From positions 411,931 through 475,930 of the forward strand of contig CAVURS010000004.1 in assembly GCA_963743975.1 (NCBI GenBank): a DNA stretch of 64,000 nucleotides. The letters are read 5' to 3'. Every line of letters starts with the position of its first letter. The first letter of the stretch is position 1. The notes under the pieces were generated by a model. It saw nothing but the letters and a program-made list of their open reading frames with translations. It ran no database searches and was not told where the DNA came from. Source of the stretch: an uncultured Actinomycetota bacterium (GTDB lineage: Bacteria > Actinomycetota > Actinomycetes > Actinomycetales > CAVURS01). The position numbers and the translations under genes are program-made. Shown here piece by piece: positions 1 through 8,871 of the stretch.

Positions 1-1492
1 TCGTAGGCGGCCAGGTAGTCGGCCACCGGCACGAGGCGATGCCCACCGACCAGGCGTCCGGCTGGCTGCCCAGGCCGAGCAGGGTCAGGTAGCCGCCCCA
101 GGAGGAGCCGCTCAGCGCGACCCGTTCCCGGTCCACCACACCGGCATCGACGAGATGGTCGCGGACGGCGAGGATGTCGGCCAGCTCGGTGTGACCGATC
201 CGCTCGCCGATCGCGTCCCGCCAGGCCGTGCCGTAGCCGGTGGATCCGCGGTAGTTCACGTTCACGACCGCGTAGCCCTGGTCGACGTACGCGCTGGCGT
301 AGCCGGTGAAGGCGTCGGGGTCGTGCCACTCGGGACCGCCGTGGACCTCGAAGACGGTGGGGTACGGCGCGGTGCCGGCGGACGGCAGCCGCAGCAGGGC
401 GTGCACCCGGCCGCCCGGACCGTCGACCCAGACGTCCTGCACCGCAACGGATCCGGGCGCGCGTGGCCCCAACGGCTCGAGCACCACGTCGCCCGACGCC
501 GAGCGGATGGCCGGCGGGGTGGCCGCCGACGACCAGGACAGCCAGACGTCGCCGTCCGGCCGTACCCCCGCCTCGGACACCGTGCCGGTCGCCGGCCCGA
601 GGGGCCTGGTGGTGCCGTCGGTCAGGTCGAGCCGCCACAGCCGGGTCCGGGCCTCGTGGTCGAGGGCCACGAGCAGGGCGTCGGCGGCCGGGAACCAGTC
701 GACGTCGGTCACCTCGCCGGGCGCCGCGAGCGGCAGCTCGCGGACGGCCGACCCGGTCGGGTCGTCCACGGGGTCCCACAGCAGCAGGCCCGGCACTCCG
801 CCGCGCTCATGGATCACGAGCAGGCGCTGGTCACCGGCGACCGGGGCGAAGCCCGCCGGCCGGAGCGACTTCCCAGGCCCGTCCCAGAGCTCGCCGACCG
901 TCTCCCCGTCGGTCGCGCGGACGACCCGCAGGGCGGGGTGCCGCGAGTCGCCGTGCTCGCTGTGCGACAGCGCGAGCAGCGCCTCGTCGCGGGACAGGCC
1001 CCCGACGTACGCCGTCTCGCGGTGCGCGTACAGCAGGCGCGGGCTGCCCGCACCGGCCGTGAGGGCGTGGATCCGCGTGCCGTACTCGTCGTCGTTCGAG
1101 CCGACGACGACGAGTCCGCTGCGGCCGAGGTCGAGCCCGGCCGAGTAGGCCGCGGGGAGTCCGGTCGGGTCGTCCACCTGCTGGCCGGGCGCGGCCCCGA
1201 ACGGCTGGCGGCGCCAGACGCCGTACTCGTCGCCGTTGGTGTCGTCGAACCACCAGACCCACTCGCCGTTCGGGTCGATCGTCGCGTCCACGGTGCCGTC
1301 CGGGCGCCGGGTCAGCTGCACCGGCTCCGTGCCCGGGGTCCAGGAGTGGGTCTCGACGACCCCCTCCTCGGTGGTCGCCACGACGGCACAGCGGTCCGGC
1401 GCCTCCTCGGCCCAGTCCGGGAGCCCGACCCGCCGGGCCCGCAGGCGCTGCTCCCAGGCCGGCATCTCGTCCCAGGGCGTGGGTCGCGTCAT
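1..1492 (-). CDS. S9 family serine peptidase (prolyl oligopeptidase / dipeptidyl aminopeptidase-like); C-terminus runs off the left edge
   Basis: The reverse-strand frame opens at ATG 1492..1490 (MTRPTPWDEMPAWEQRL...) and stays open to position 1. It is absent from the ORF track because it has no stop in the window. The GxSxGG nucleophile elbow ALSGSSWGGY is read at ~65-95. The + ORF 155..2284 is its antisense shadow. A possible 1-nt frame slip lies near 30-35 (GIAS / VPVADYLAAY). Confidence 0.75.
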   Translation of the reverse strand, partial: MTRPTPWDEMPAWEQRLRARRVGLPDWAEEAPDRCAVVATTEEGVVETHSWTPGTEPVQLTRRPDGTVDATIDPNGEWVWWFDDTNGDEYGVWRRQPFGAAPGQQVDDPTGLPAAYSAGLDLGRSGLVVVGSNDDEYGTRIHALTAGAGSPRLLYAHRETAYVGGLSRDEALLALSHSEHGDSRHPALRVVRATDGETVGELWDGPGKSLRPAGFAPVAGDQRLLVIHERGGVPGLLLWDPVDDPTGSAVRELPLAAPGEVTDVDWFPAADALLVALDHEARTRLWRLDLTDGTTRPLGPATGTVSEAGVRPDGDVWLSWSSAATPPAIRSASGDVVLEPLGPRAPGSVAVQDVWVDGPGGRVHALLRLPSAGTAPYPTVFEVHGGPEWHDPDAFTGYASAYVDQGYAVVNVNYRGSTGYGTAWRDAIGERIGHTELADILAVRDHLVDAGVVDRERVALSGSSWGGYLTLLGLGSQPDAWSVGIASCRWPTTWPPT

Positions 1493-1546
1493 CGGAAGGT
1501 TCTCCCAGCGGTTCGGCGTGGTCGGGTTCATGGATGCATCGGCCGT

Positions 1547-2251
1547 TCATCCAGCGAGGAACTCCACCAGAGCGGACAGGTCGTCCAGCTCCAGATCGAA
1601 CCGGTCCTGCTCTGCTGGTGGCTCAGCACCGGGCCTGGCGATGTAGGCCGTGCGGAATCCGTGCTCCGAAGCGGCTCGGAGATCCCACGGATGGGCTGCG
1701 ACGAAGAGCGTGCGCGCGGGATCGATGGCGAGCGCGTCGATCGCCAACCGGTACGCAGCCGGCGCGGGCTTGAAGGTGTGAGCGGCGGCGGTCGAGAGTG
1801 CGATGTCCCAGCTGATGGCGTTGGCGTTCGCCAGTCGCGCGAGCGTGTCGAGATCACCGTTGCTGACGCCGATGACCAAGCGGTCCCGCCGGAGTGCGGT
1901 GGTTGCCGGCGCCACGTCGGACCATGCCGGGTAGGTGTACTCCAACGACTCGACCAGCGCCATGGCGTCGGGCGAAGGGTCTCCACCCGCGGAAGCGATG
2001 GCCTCGCGAGCGGAGTCCGTGACGAGCTGCCGGTGTGGGCGCCAGGGGACGTGTCCTTCCACGACGGCATTCATGTGCCGTTCGAGGCGTTCCACCCACA
2101 GAGCGTGCAGGCTCACGGTCTCGTCCAGGCCAGTCGCCGCTGCGAGGCGCCCGGCCACCCGGGCCCACGTCCCGTCCTCGTCCACCAGTGTCCCGATGAC
2201 ATCGAACACGATGGCGTCCACCTGGCTGGGGTCAACAGCGGATCGCGGCAT
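1547..2251 (-). CDS. HAD superfamily hydrolase (haloacid dehalogenase type II-like)
   Basis: 234-aa ORF. It has the N-terminal DxxGT motif (AIVFDVIGTLVDEDG), a later VSNGD and a C-terminal AAHPWDL typical of HAD-II enzymes. Confidence 0.85.
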   Translation of the reverse strand: MPRSAVDPSQVDAIVFDVIGTLVDEDGTWARVAGRLAAATGLDETVSLHALWVERLERHMNAVVEGHVPWRPHRQLVTDSAREAIASAGGDPSPDAMALVESLEYTYPAWSDVAPATTALRRDRLVIGVSNGDLDTLARLANANAISWDIALSTAAAHTFKPAPAAYRLAIDALAIDPARTLFVAAHPWDLRAASEHGFRTAYIARPGAEPPAEQDRFDLELDDLSALVEFLAG

Positions 2252-2334
2252 GAACTCATCAAAGCAGGGCAGGTACTGGCGTGATGAAGAGCCGACGGCT
2301 GGTCGCCGGCTGGTTCAACGGCCACGGAGGAGGA

Positions 2335-3402
2335 TCAACGGATCAGAGGAGGCGGTGCCGTCGAGCCCCGCACCACGAGTGTGCCGCGCAACCGGTGATG
2401 GCTCGGCCGCCGCTCCCGGTCGTGGATGCGGCGAAGGAGAAGATCTGAGGCCTTGGCACCGATCGCGTGCACCGGCTGCCGGACGACCGACAGGGACGGG
2501 GCGACCACCTCCGCCCACTCGGCATCGTCGAAGCCGACCAGGGATACGTCGTCCGGGCAGCGCAGCCCGAGGGAGCGCAGCCCGAGGATCGCTCCCAGGG
2601 CGAGGACGCTGTCGAACGCCACGATGGCGGTCGGCGGCTCCGGTAGCGACATGAGCTCGCGGACTGACGCCGTCGCGTCGTCGCGGTGGAACCCTCCGGC
2701 CGTCAGGTACTCCGGCCGCGGGGCGAGCCCGGCCTCGAGCAGCGCGTCGCGGTAGCCGGCAGCGCGCAGCCCCAGCGTGGTCAGGGGCAGCTTCTCGATG
2801 CCTGTCAGATCCCGCTCCCGCAACGCCTCCTGCGTCCCGGGGGCGCCACCGGTCACGATGCCGATCCGCCGGTGTCCCAGACCGATCAGGTGCGAGGTCG
2901 CCTCGTGGGCCGCTCGCCGGTTGTCCAGTCCGACGGTGTCGACCCGGAGACCGGGAGCGGGCCGGTCGATCAGCACGACCGGTATCCGGGACTCGACGAA
3001 CGAGCGCAGCTGCGTGGCGTCACCGCTCTCGACCGGGCAGAGGATGAGGCCCTCGACGCGGCGTTCCAGCAGGGCGGTCACTGCCGTGCGCTCCTGAGCC
3101 GGGTCCTCGTCGGTGTTCGCGAGGAGGACGTCGAAGCCGTGGCCCCGCGCGGTGTCGCTGATGCCGCGGAGCACGCCGTAGAAGAACGGGTTCTCCATCT
3201 CGGCGATGACCGCGCCGATCGTGTGGGTCTGGCCGGTGATCATGCTGCGGGCCAGACCGTTGGGCCGGTAGCCGATCTCGGTCGCGGCGTCCATGACGCG
3301 TTGCAGCGTGAGCGGGCTGACCGAGCCGTATCCGCCGAGGGCCCGGGCGGCCGTCGCTGTGGACACTCCGGCCAGCGCGGCCACGTCGAGCACCGTCGCC
3401 AT
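2335..3402 (-). CDS. LacI family transcriptional regulator
   Basis: ORF 2335..3423. The N-terminal HTH is MATVLDVAALAGVSTATAARAL, followed by a periplasmic-binding-fold core (IGAVIAEMENPFF, GLILCP, VGFDD). The ATG at 3402 gives the canonical LacI N-terminus; GTG 3423 is the alternative start. It is divergent from the SIS/kinase/ABC operon. Confidence 0.9.
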   Translation of the reverse strand: MATVLDVAALAGVSTATAARALGGYGSVSPLTLQRVMDAATEIGYRPNGLARSMITGQTHTIGAVIAEMENPFFYGVLRGISDTARGHGFDVLLANTDEDPAQERTAVTALLERRVEGLILCPVESGDATQLRSFVESRIPVVLIDRPAPGLRVDTVGLDNRRAAHEATSHLIGLGHRRIGIVTGGAPGTQEALRERDLTGIEKLPLTTLGLRAAGYRDALLEAGLAPRPEYLTAGGFHRDDATASVRELMSLPEPPTAIVAFDSVLALGAILGLRSLGLRCPDDVSLVGFDDAEWAEVVAPSLSVVRQPVHAIGAKASDLLLRRIHDRERRPSHHRLRGTLVVRGSTAPPPLIR

Positions 3403-3583
3403 CCCCGCGTTGGCCTGACCCACGCTGCCTCCTGCCCCGTGACCGCACCTGTCCCACGGTCGATGTCGTCATGACGGTACCCGCGACACCAACGCCGGCC
3501 GGACGGTACGGCTGTGCCTCTGCTCCCGCCGAACAGCGCGACTCACGATTCGGTCTCATCTCTTGACATCCGCCGAGCCGCGA

Positions 3584-3597
3584 TGAGAGCGTTCCCA
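3584..3597. promoter_or_regulatory. Candidate LacI operator O1 (TGAGAGCGTTCCCA)
   Basis: Imperfect 14-bp palindrome around a CG centre, 48 bp upstream of ATG 3645. It differs by 1 nt from the site at 10965..10978 (reverse complement TGAGAACGTTCCCA). A TTGACA hexamer lies at 3563..3568. Confidence 0.45.
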
Positions 3598-3605
3598 CTC
3601 AGTCG

Positions 3606-3621
3606 TTGAGAACGTTATCAA
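3606..3621. promoter_or_regulatory. Candidate LacI operator O2 (TTGAGAACGTTATCAA)
   Basis: 16-bp palindrome with one mismatched pair and an AACGTT core, 24 bp upstream of ATG 3645. This is the classic LacI/GalR-type operator architecture. Confidence 0.5.
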
Positions 3622-3644
3622 TCGCGAGAGACGGAGCGCCAGAC

Positions 3645-4643
3645 ATGCCGGAGACCCTTCCCCTCAAGCCCATCGAGCCGGACACGGCGGACAAGATCGC
3701 CGCGGCCGTCGGCGAGCGTGAGGCGATCGCCGAGGCCATCGCCCCCGTGGTGCGGGCCGGCCTGCGCAACGTCTACTTCGTGGGCGCCGGTGGGTCGATC
3801 ATCTGCAGCTACCCCGCTCACTACGTCCTGCAGCAGCGCGCGTCGGTCCCCGTCTTCCAGGTGCAGAGCGACGAGCTCAACTGCAGCGTTCCCGCCCTGA
3901 TGGGTCCCGGCTCGCTCGTGGTCCTGGCGTCGTACACGGGCAAGACCAAGGAGACGGTGCAGGCCGCGAAGACGGCGAAGGCCACCGGTGCGACCGTCAT
4001 CGGCGCGGCCAAGGACGGCAGCCCGCTCGCCGACGCGCTGGACGTCAACTTCGCGGGCAAGAGCGACATCTTCGAGCTGCTCGTCGCCTACGCCGTGCTC
4101 GAGGCGACCGGAGCCGACCTCGATGCGAACGCGGTCACCGCGACCCTGGCCGCCCTGCCGAACGCCGTGCTGGACGCGGTCAAGGAGTCGGAGGACCACT
4201 TGGCCGAGATCGCGGACCTGTTCAAGGACGAGCCGATCACGTACGTCCTCGGGTCCGGTCCCTCCTACGGCTGGGCGTACGGCCTGGCGATGTGCTTCCT
4301 GCAGGAGATGCAGTGGAAGCACGCGGCGGCGTTCAACACGGGAGAGTTCTTCCAGGGCGCCTTCGAGGTCGTCAACGACGACACCGCCGTCCTGCTCTGG
4401 CTCGGTGACGACGCGTCGCGGCCGATGGCCGAGCGCGGCAAGCGGTTCCTCGAGACCTACTGCAAGAAGGCGCAGTACGTCGACGTGGCCGACCTCGCGC
4501 TCCCGGGCATCCCGAAGGAGTTCCGGGGGGACGTCACCGGCATCGTCGTCGGCGCCCTGGCCAACCGGCTGGCCCAGCACTACGAGTCGCTGCGCGGCCA
4601 CGACCTGGAGCAGCGGCACTACATGTTCAAGGTGGACTACTGA
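3645..4643 (+). CDS. SIS-domain sugar-phosphate isomerase/deglycase, FrlB-like (copy 1)
   Basis: ORF 3606..4643, trimmed to ATG 3645 (MPETLPLKP). It has double-SIS architecture: VYFVGAGGSI, LASYTGKTKETVQAAKTAKATGATVIG. Its size (~332 aa) and family match fructoselysine-6-P deglycase / GlmS-C-terminal-like proteins. Confidence 0.85.
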   Translation: MPETLPLKPIEPDTADKIAAAVGEREAIAEAIAPVVRAGLRNVYFVGAGGSIICSYPAHYVLQQRASVPVFQVQSDELNCSVPALMGPGSLVVLASYTGKTKETVQAAKTAKATGATVIGAAKDGSPLADALDVNFAGKSDIFELLVAYAVLEATGADLDANAVTATLAALPNAVLDAVKESEDHLAEIADLFKDEPITYVLGSGPSYGWAYGLAMCFLQEMQWKHAAAFNTGEFFQGAFEVVNDDTAVLLWLGDDASRPMAERGKRFLETYCKKAQYVDVADLALPGIPKEFRGDVTGIVVGALANRLAQHYESLRGHDLEQRHYMFKVDY

Positions 4644-4645
4644 GC

Positions 4646-5662
4646 ATGCTGAACTTCGACCCGGACCGCTACGTCCGGATCCAGTCGGGTGCCGCCGGGC
4701 TGGCCGACCGTCTCCACGAGACGGTCGGCCAGTGCCTCGGCGCCGGAGCCCGCAACCTGTTCTTCGCCGGTACGGGGGGTGCGGGAATCCTGATGCTGCC
4801 GGCGGCCCACCTGCTCACCAGCGGGTCGACCTTCCCGGTCCAGGTGGTCAACCCGGCCGAGCTGGTCGAGTTCGGCAACGTCAACCTCGGTCCTGACTCC
4901 CTGGTCGTGATCCCGTCGCTGTCCGGCACGACCGCGGAGAGCGTGGCGGCGCTGAGGTTCTGCCAGGACGCGGGCGCCAAGGTCCTGGCCCTCACGGGGC
5001 ACGAGGACAGCCCGTTGGCGCAGCTGGCCGACCACAGCTTCGTCAACTTCGCCGAGGACGACACCTCGTGCGAGTCGTTCTACCTCCAGTCCCTGTCCCT
5101 CGCGCTCGCGATCATGGACGTTCGCGGTGAGGGCGGCGGCCGGGTCGCCGCACCGCTGGCGCAGCTGTCCCAGCTGCCGGAGCTGCTGCTCGGCGTCAAG
5201 GAGCAGGCCGAGACGGTGGCCGACGCGACCGCGGCTCGCCTGCAGGACAACGCCTTCCACGTCATCACCGGCGCCGGGGGGACCTGGGCCGAGGCGTTCT
5301 ACTACGGGATGTGCATCCTGGAGGAGATGCAGTGGATCCGGACCCGCCCGGTCCACGCGTCGGACTTCTTCCACGGCACCCTGGAGCTGCTGGAGCCCGG
5401 TGTCAGCCTGGTCCTGCTCAAGGGGGAGGACGCGAGCCGTCCTCTGGTGGAGCGGGTCGAGAAGTTCGCCAGCACGGTCACCGACCAGGTGCTGACTCTC
5501 GACTCCGCGGACTACGAGCTGCCAGGTCTGACTCAGGAAGTCCGTTCGCTCCTGTCGCCGGTCGTGCTGGCGGCTGCCCTGGAGCGGGTGAGTGCCCACC
5601 TCGAGGTGCGCACCGACCACCCGCTCACCACCCGTCGCTACTACAAGCGAGTGGACTACTGA
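4646..5662 (+). CDS. SIS-domain sugar-phosphate isomerase/deglycase, FrlB-like (copy 2)
   Basis: 338-aa ORF starting 3 nt after the previous stop. Motifs: LFFAGTGGAGIL, IPSLSGTTAESVAALRFCQDAGAKVLALTG. It is a paralogue of the upstream gene. Confidence 0.85.
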   Translation: MLNFDPDRYVRIQSGAAGLADRLHETVGQCLGAGARNLFFAGTGGAGILMLPAAHLLTSGSTFPVQVVNPAELVEFGNVNLGPDSLVVIPSLSGTTAESVAALRFCQDAGAKVLALTGHEDSPLAQLADHSFVNFAEDDTSCESFYLQSLSLALAIMDVRGEGGGRVAAPLAQLSQLPELLLGVKEQAETVADATAARLQDNAFHVITGAGGTWAEAFYYGMCILEEMQWIRTRPVHASDFFHGTLELLEPGVSLVLLKGEDASRPLVERVEKFASTVTDQVLTLDSADYELPGLTQEVRSLLSPVVLAAALERVSAHLEVRTDHPLTTRRYYKRVDY

Positions 5663-5670
5663 GGCCGCAC

Positions 5671-6552
5671 ATGACTTCCCGTCTGTTGACCGTCGGCGAC
5701 AACGTCGTCGACCAGTACCCGGAGCGAGGACTGTTCTTTCCCGGCGGGAACGCCGTGAACGTCGCCGTCCACGCCCGCCGCCTCGGCGCCGTGTCCGCCT
5801 ACATCGGTGCGGTGGGGACGGACCGCGCCGGCGAGGTCGTCCTCGGCTCGCTCGCCGAGGAGGGGGTCGACGTCTCGCGGACCCGCGTGATCGACGGGCC
5901 GAACGCGTACGCCGTCGTCCGCGTCGTGGACGGCAACCGGGTGTTCGGCCACGGTGATCTCGGGGTCTCCGTGTTCGAGTGCAGCGACGAGGACCTGAGG
6001 GCCGCGGGGGACTTCGACCTCGTGCACACCGGGGAGTGCTCGCACGTCGAGGACCAGGTCCCGAAGCTGGCTCGGGCGGCGAAGCGCCTCTCGTTCGACT
6101 TCTCCGAGCGTGACCAGGCCTACATCGACTCGCTCGCGCCACACGTCGACATCGCGGTCCGGTCGATGCCGGGTGCGGACCGGCAAGGGGCGGTGGACGA
6201 GGCGCGACGCATCCAGGCTCTCGGTCCGCGCACGGTCGCGGTCACGCTGGGTCCGGGCGGCGCCGTCATCGTGCACGAGGACGAGGAGCAGTGGGCACCC
6301 GCCCCGCGTGGCGTGATCGTCGACACCCTCGGTGCCGGTGACGCGTTCATCGCCCGGTTCCTGCTCGGGCTGATCGAGGACGAGCCGATCGCCGAGCTGG
6401 TGGCCGCAGCGACGGCGTACGCCACGGCCAGCTGCGCCACCTTCGGTGCCTTCGGTCCAGCCACCCCTCTCGAGGCGTCGTCAGCACCGTCCAGCTCGAG
6501 CACCAGCACCACCCCCGCCCAGCACCACCCCGACAGATTGGATGTGTCATGA
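5671..6552 (+). CDS. PfkB family carbohydrate kinase (FrlD / ketosamine kinase-like)
   Basis: Inner ATG at 5671 of ORF 5311..6552 (MTSRLLTVGDNVVDQY...). Ribokinase-fold motifs: GGNAVNVAV near the N-terminus, DTLGAGDAF near the C-terminus. The stop overlaps the next start. Confidence 0.85.
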   Translation: MTSRLLTVGDNVVDQYPERGLFFPGGNAVNVAVHARRLGAVSAYIGAVGTDRAGEVVLGSLAEEGVDVSRTRVIDGPNAYAVVRVVDGNRVFGHGDLGVSVFECSDEDLRAAGDFDLVHTGECSHVEDQVPKLARAAKRLSFDFSERDQAYIDSLAPHVDIAVRSMPGADRQGAVDEARRIQALGPRTVAVTLGPGGAVIVHEDEEQWAPAPRGVIVDTLGAGDAFIARFLLGLIEDEPIAELVAAATAYATASCATFGAFGPATPLEASSAPSSSSTSTTPAQHHPDRLDVS

Positions 6553-7895
6553 GGAAGCTGTTACGAACGAGCACGGCGCTCGCCGCGGTTCTGGCCGCCG
6601 GGCTGACCATCGCCGCCTGTGGCACGCCCAACAGTGGTGGTTCGAACGCCAAGCAGCAGAGCCTGACGACGCCGAAGACCAAGTCGGGCACGCTGTCGAT
6701 CATCACGAAGTTCGCCGACCCGTCGACCGCGCCGTACTTCGTGTCCATGGTGAAGGCGTACGAGGCCGCCAACCCGGGCGTCAAGATCAACCTGCAGCAG
6801 GTGGGCGACCAGCCGTACAAGGACAAGATCACCGTCCTCACGACGTCGCACAACCTGCCGGACATCTACTTCTCGTGGGCGGGCGACTATGCCAACAAGT
6901 TCGTCCGTGGGGGATATGCGGCCGACCTGACGAGCGTGATCGGGCCGGACACGCCCTGGGGCAAGACCTTCTCCCAGGCAGCGTTGAAGGCGTTCACGCT
7001 GGACGGCAAGAACTACGCCGTGCCGATCGACCTCGACGCCAAATACATGGTGTACAGCAAGACCGCGTTCGCCAAGGCCCACATCGCGGCGCCACCCACC
7101 ACGTTCGCCGACCTGCTCAGCGACTGCGGCAAGCTCAAGTCCGCCGGCTACACCGCCATCGCGTTCGGCAACCAGTACGGCTGGCCGGCGATCCACTACC
7201 TGACCCAGCTCAACACCTTCGACGTGCCGGCGAGCACGCTGGCGCAGGACTACAACCCCTCGACCGGTGCGTTCACCGACCCCGGGTACGTCACGGCCCT
7301 CCAGCAGTTCCAGCAGATCGTGAAGCAGTGCGCGAACCCGTCCTCCGACGGTCTGGCCCACGAGGCGGCGCAGGCGAACCTCACCAGTGGCAAGGCGGCC
7401 ATGCAGTACATCGAGCTGGTCGAGTTCCCGCTCATGAAGGCCAAGGGTGTGCCGGCCGCCTTCGCGAACAACTGGAGCTTCTTCCGGCTGCCGCCGGCTG
7501 CAGGCTCCCCGGGTGACACGCAGGCGCTGACCGGTGCTCCGGACGGCTTCATGGTCAACAAGGACAGCAAGAACGCCGCGCTCGCGGTCGACTTCCTGAA
7601 GTTCATGACCACCGTGCCGAACGCCCAGCAGGAGACCAAGCAGATCGGCTACCTCAGCCCGGTGCTGGGCTCGTCGACGCCGCAGAACTCGTTCGCCCAG
7701 CAGACGGCGGCGCTCCAGGACCTGTCCAAGGTGAGCAGCTTCGCGATCTGGCTCGATACGGTCACCAACGCACTGGTGGCCAACGCGTACCTGTCCGGCG
7801 CCGAAGGCATCGCCAACGGGACGCAGACGCCGCAACAGGTCATGGCCGGCGTGCAGAAGGCAGCCGCCAAGGCCAAGCAGCAGGTCGGCGGCTGA
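6549..7895 (+). CDS. ABC transporter extracellular solute-binding lipoprotein (carbohydrate, family 1)
   Basis: 448 aa with a signal peptide plus lipobox (AAGLTIAAC GT). The length and composition are typical of actinobacterial sugar SBPs. Confidence 0.9.
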   Translation: MRKLLRTSTALAAVLAAGLTIAACGTPNSGGSNAKQQSLTTPKTKSGTLSIITKFADPSTAPYFVSMVKAYEAANPGVKINLQQVGDQPYKDKITVLTTSHNLPDIYFSWAGDYANKFVRGGYAADLTSVIGPDTPWGKTFSQAALKAFTLDGKNYAVPIDLDAKYMVYSKTAFAKAHIAAPPTTFADLLSDCGKLKSAGYTAIAFGNQYGWPAIHYLTQLNTFDVPASTLAQDYNPSTGAFTDPGYVTALQQFQQIVKQCANPSSDGLAHEAAQANLTSGKAAMQYIELVEFPLMKAKGVPAAFANNWSFFRLPPAAGSPGDTQALTGAPDGFMVNKDSKNAALAVDFLKFMTTVPNAQQETKQIGYLSPVLGSSTPQNSFAQQTAALQDLSKVSSFAIWLDTVTNALVANAYLSGAEGIANGTQTPQQVMAGVQKAAAKAKQQVGG

Positions 7896-7925
7896 GCCCA
7901 GGCCTACGGCCCCGTCCCGGTGGGT

Positions 7926-7954
7926 GGCCGGCCGGACCCCAGGTCCGGCCGGCC
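7926..7954 (+). terminator. Perfect 13-bp GC stem-loop between the SBP and permease genes (intra-operon attenuator or mRNA-stabilising hairpin)
   Basis: GGCCGGCCGGACC cca GGTCCGGCCGGCC read directly, 31 nt after the SBP stop. There is no U-tract. It also argues against the upstream start 7924 for the permease. Confidence 0.5.
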
Positions 7955-7983
7955 CTCCCGGGAAGGCCCGAGTGGAGGTGGAC

Positions 7984-8871
7984 ATGTCCCAGATCATGAG
8001 GCGCTGGTGGACGTGGGTGTGGGTCCTGCCCGCAGTCATCCTGCTGGGCGTCTTCGTCTACTACCCGATCGTCGACAACATCCGGCTCAGCCTCTACTCG
8101 TGGAGTGCGTTCAACCCCCGTGCCGCCTACATCGGTCTCGGCAACTACCGGACCGCGTTCGGGGACCCGGTGTTCCGGCGGTCGTTGCTCAACAACGTCT
8201 TCTACGCCGTCATCTCCATCGTGTTCCAGGTGGGCGGCTCGCTGGTGCTGGCCGCGGTCCTGGAGAGCGTCGTCCATGAGCGGCTGCGCGGCATTCTGCG
8301 GACGATCTACTTCATCCCGGCGACGATCTCGATCACCGTCGCGGGCATGCTCTTCTCGTTCATCTACAACCCGCAGATCGGCTTGGTGAACCGGGCGCTG
8401 AGCGCGGTCGGGCTCGGCTCGTTGGCCCGGGACTGGCTCGGCGACCCGCACACGTCGATCTTCGCCATCATCGGCATGAGCCAGTGGCAGTCCATCGGCT
8501 ACACCGCAGTTCTTTTCGTGGTCGCCATCCAGCGGATCCCGAAGGAGCTCTACGAGGCGGCGGCGATCGACGGCGCGTCCGGCGTCCGTACGTTCTTCTC
8601 GATCACCATCCCGCTGCTGCGGGAGATGACCACGCTGGTCATGATCCTGACCCTGTCCGGCGCCTTCCTCGTCTTCAACGAGGTCGAGGTCATGACGGCC
8701 GGCGGACCGTCGAACTCCAGCCAGGTGCTCGGCACCTGGCTGTACACGAAGGCATTCATGCAGGACGACATGGGCTACGCCGCGGCGATCGCGACCATCA
8801 TCTTCGTGATCACGTTCGCCATCTCCGGTGCCCAGATCATGTACACGCGTCGGCGGAGGGTGCAGTGGTGA
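7984..8871 (+). CDS. ABC transporter permease (MalF/UgpA-like)
   Basis: ORF 7924..8871, trimmed to ATG 7984 preceded by GGAGGTGG. It has multi-TM composition and an EAA-loop region (YEAAAIDGASGVRTFFSITIPLL). Confidence 0.9.
   Translation: MSQIMRRWWTWVWVLPAVILLGVFVYYPIVDNIRLSLYSWSAFNPRAAYIGLGNYRTAFGDPVFRRSLLNNVFYAVISIVFQVGGSLVLAAVLESVVHERLRGILRTIYFIPATISITVAGMLFSFIYNPQIGLVNRALSAVGLGSLARDWLGDPHTSIFAIIGMSQWQSIGYTAVLFVVAIQRIPKELYEAAAIDGASGVRTFFSITIPLLREMTTLVMILTLSGAFLVFNEVEVMTAGGPSNSSQVLGTWLYTKAFMQDDMGYAAAIATIIFVITFAISGAQIMYTRRRRVQW

Noticed and set aside
155-2284. 709-aa + strand ORF, the longest ORF in the first 2 kb
   Set aside because: It is the antisense shadow of the S9 peptidase and HAD hydrolase genes. 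It has Arg/Gly/Pro-rich low-information composition and no recognisable motif, whereas the opposite strand carries clear catalytic motifs.
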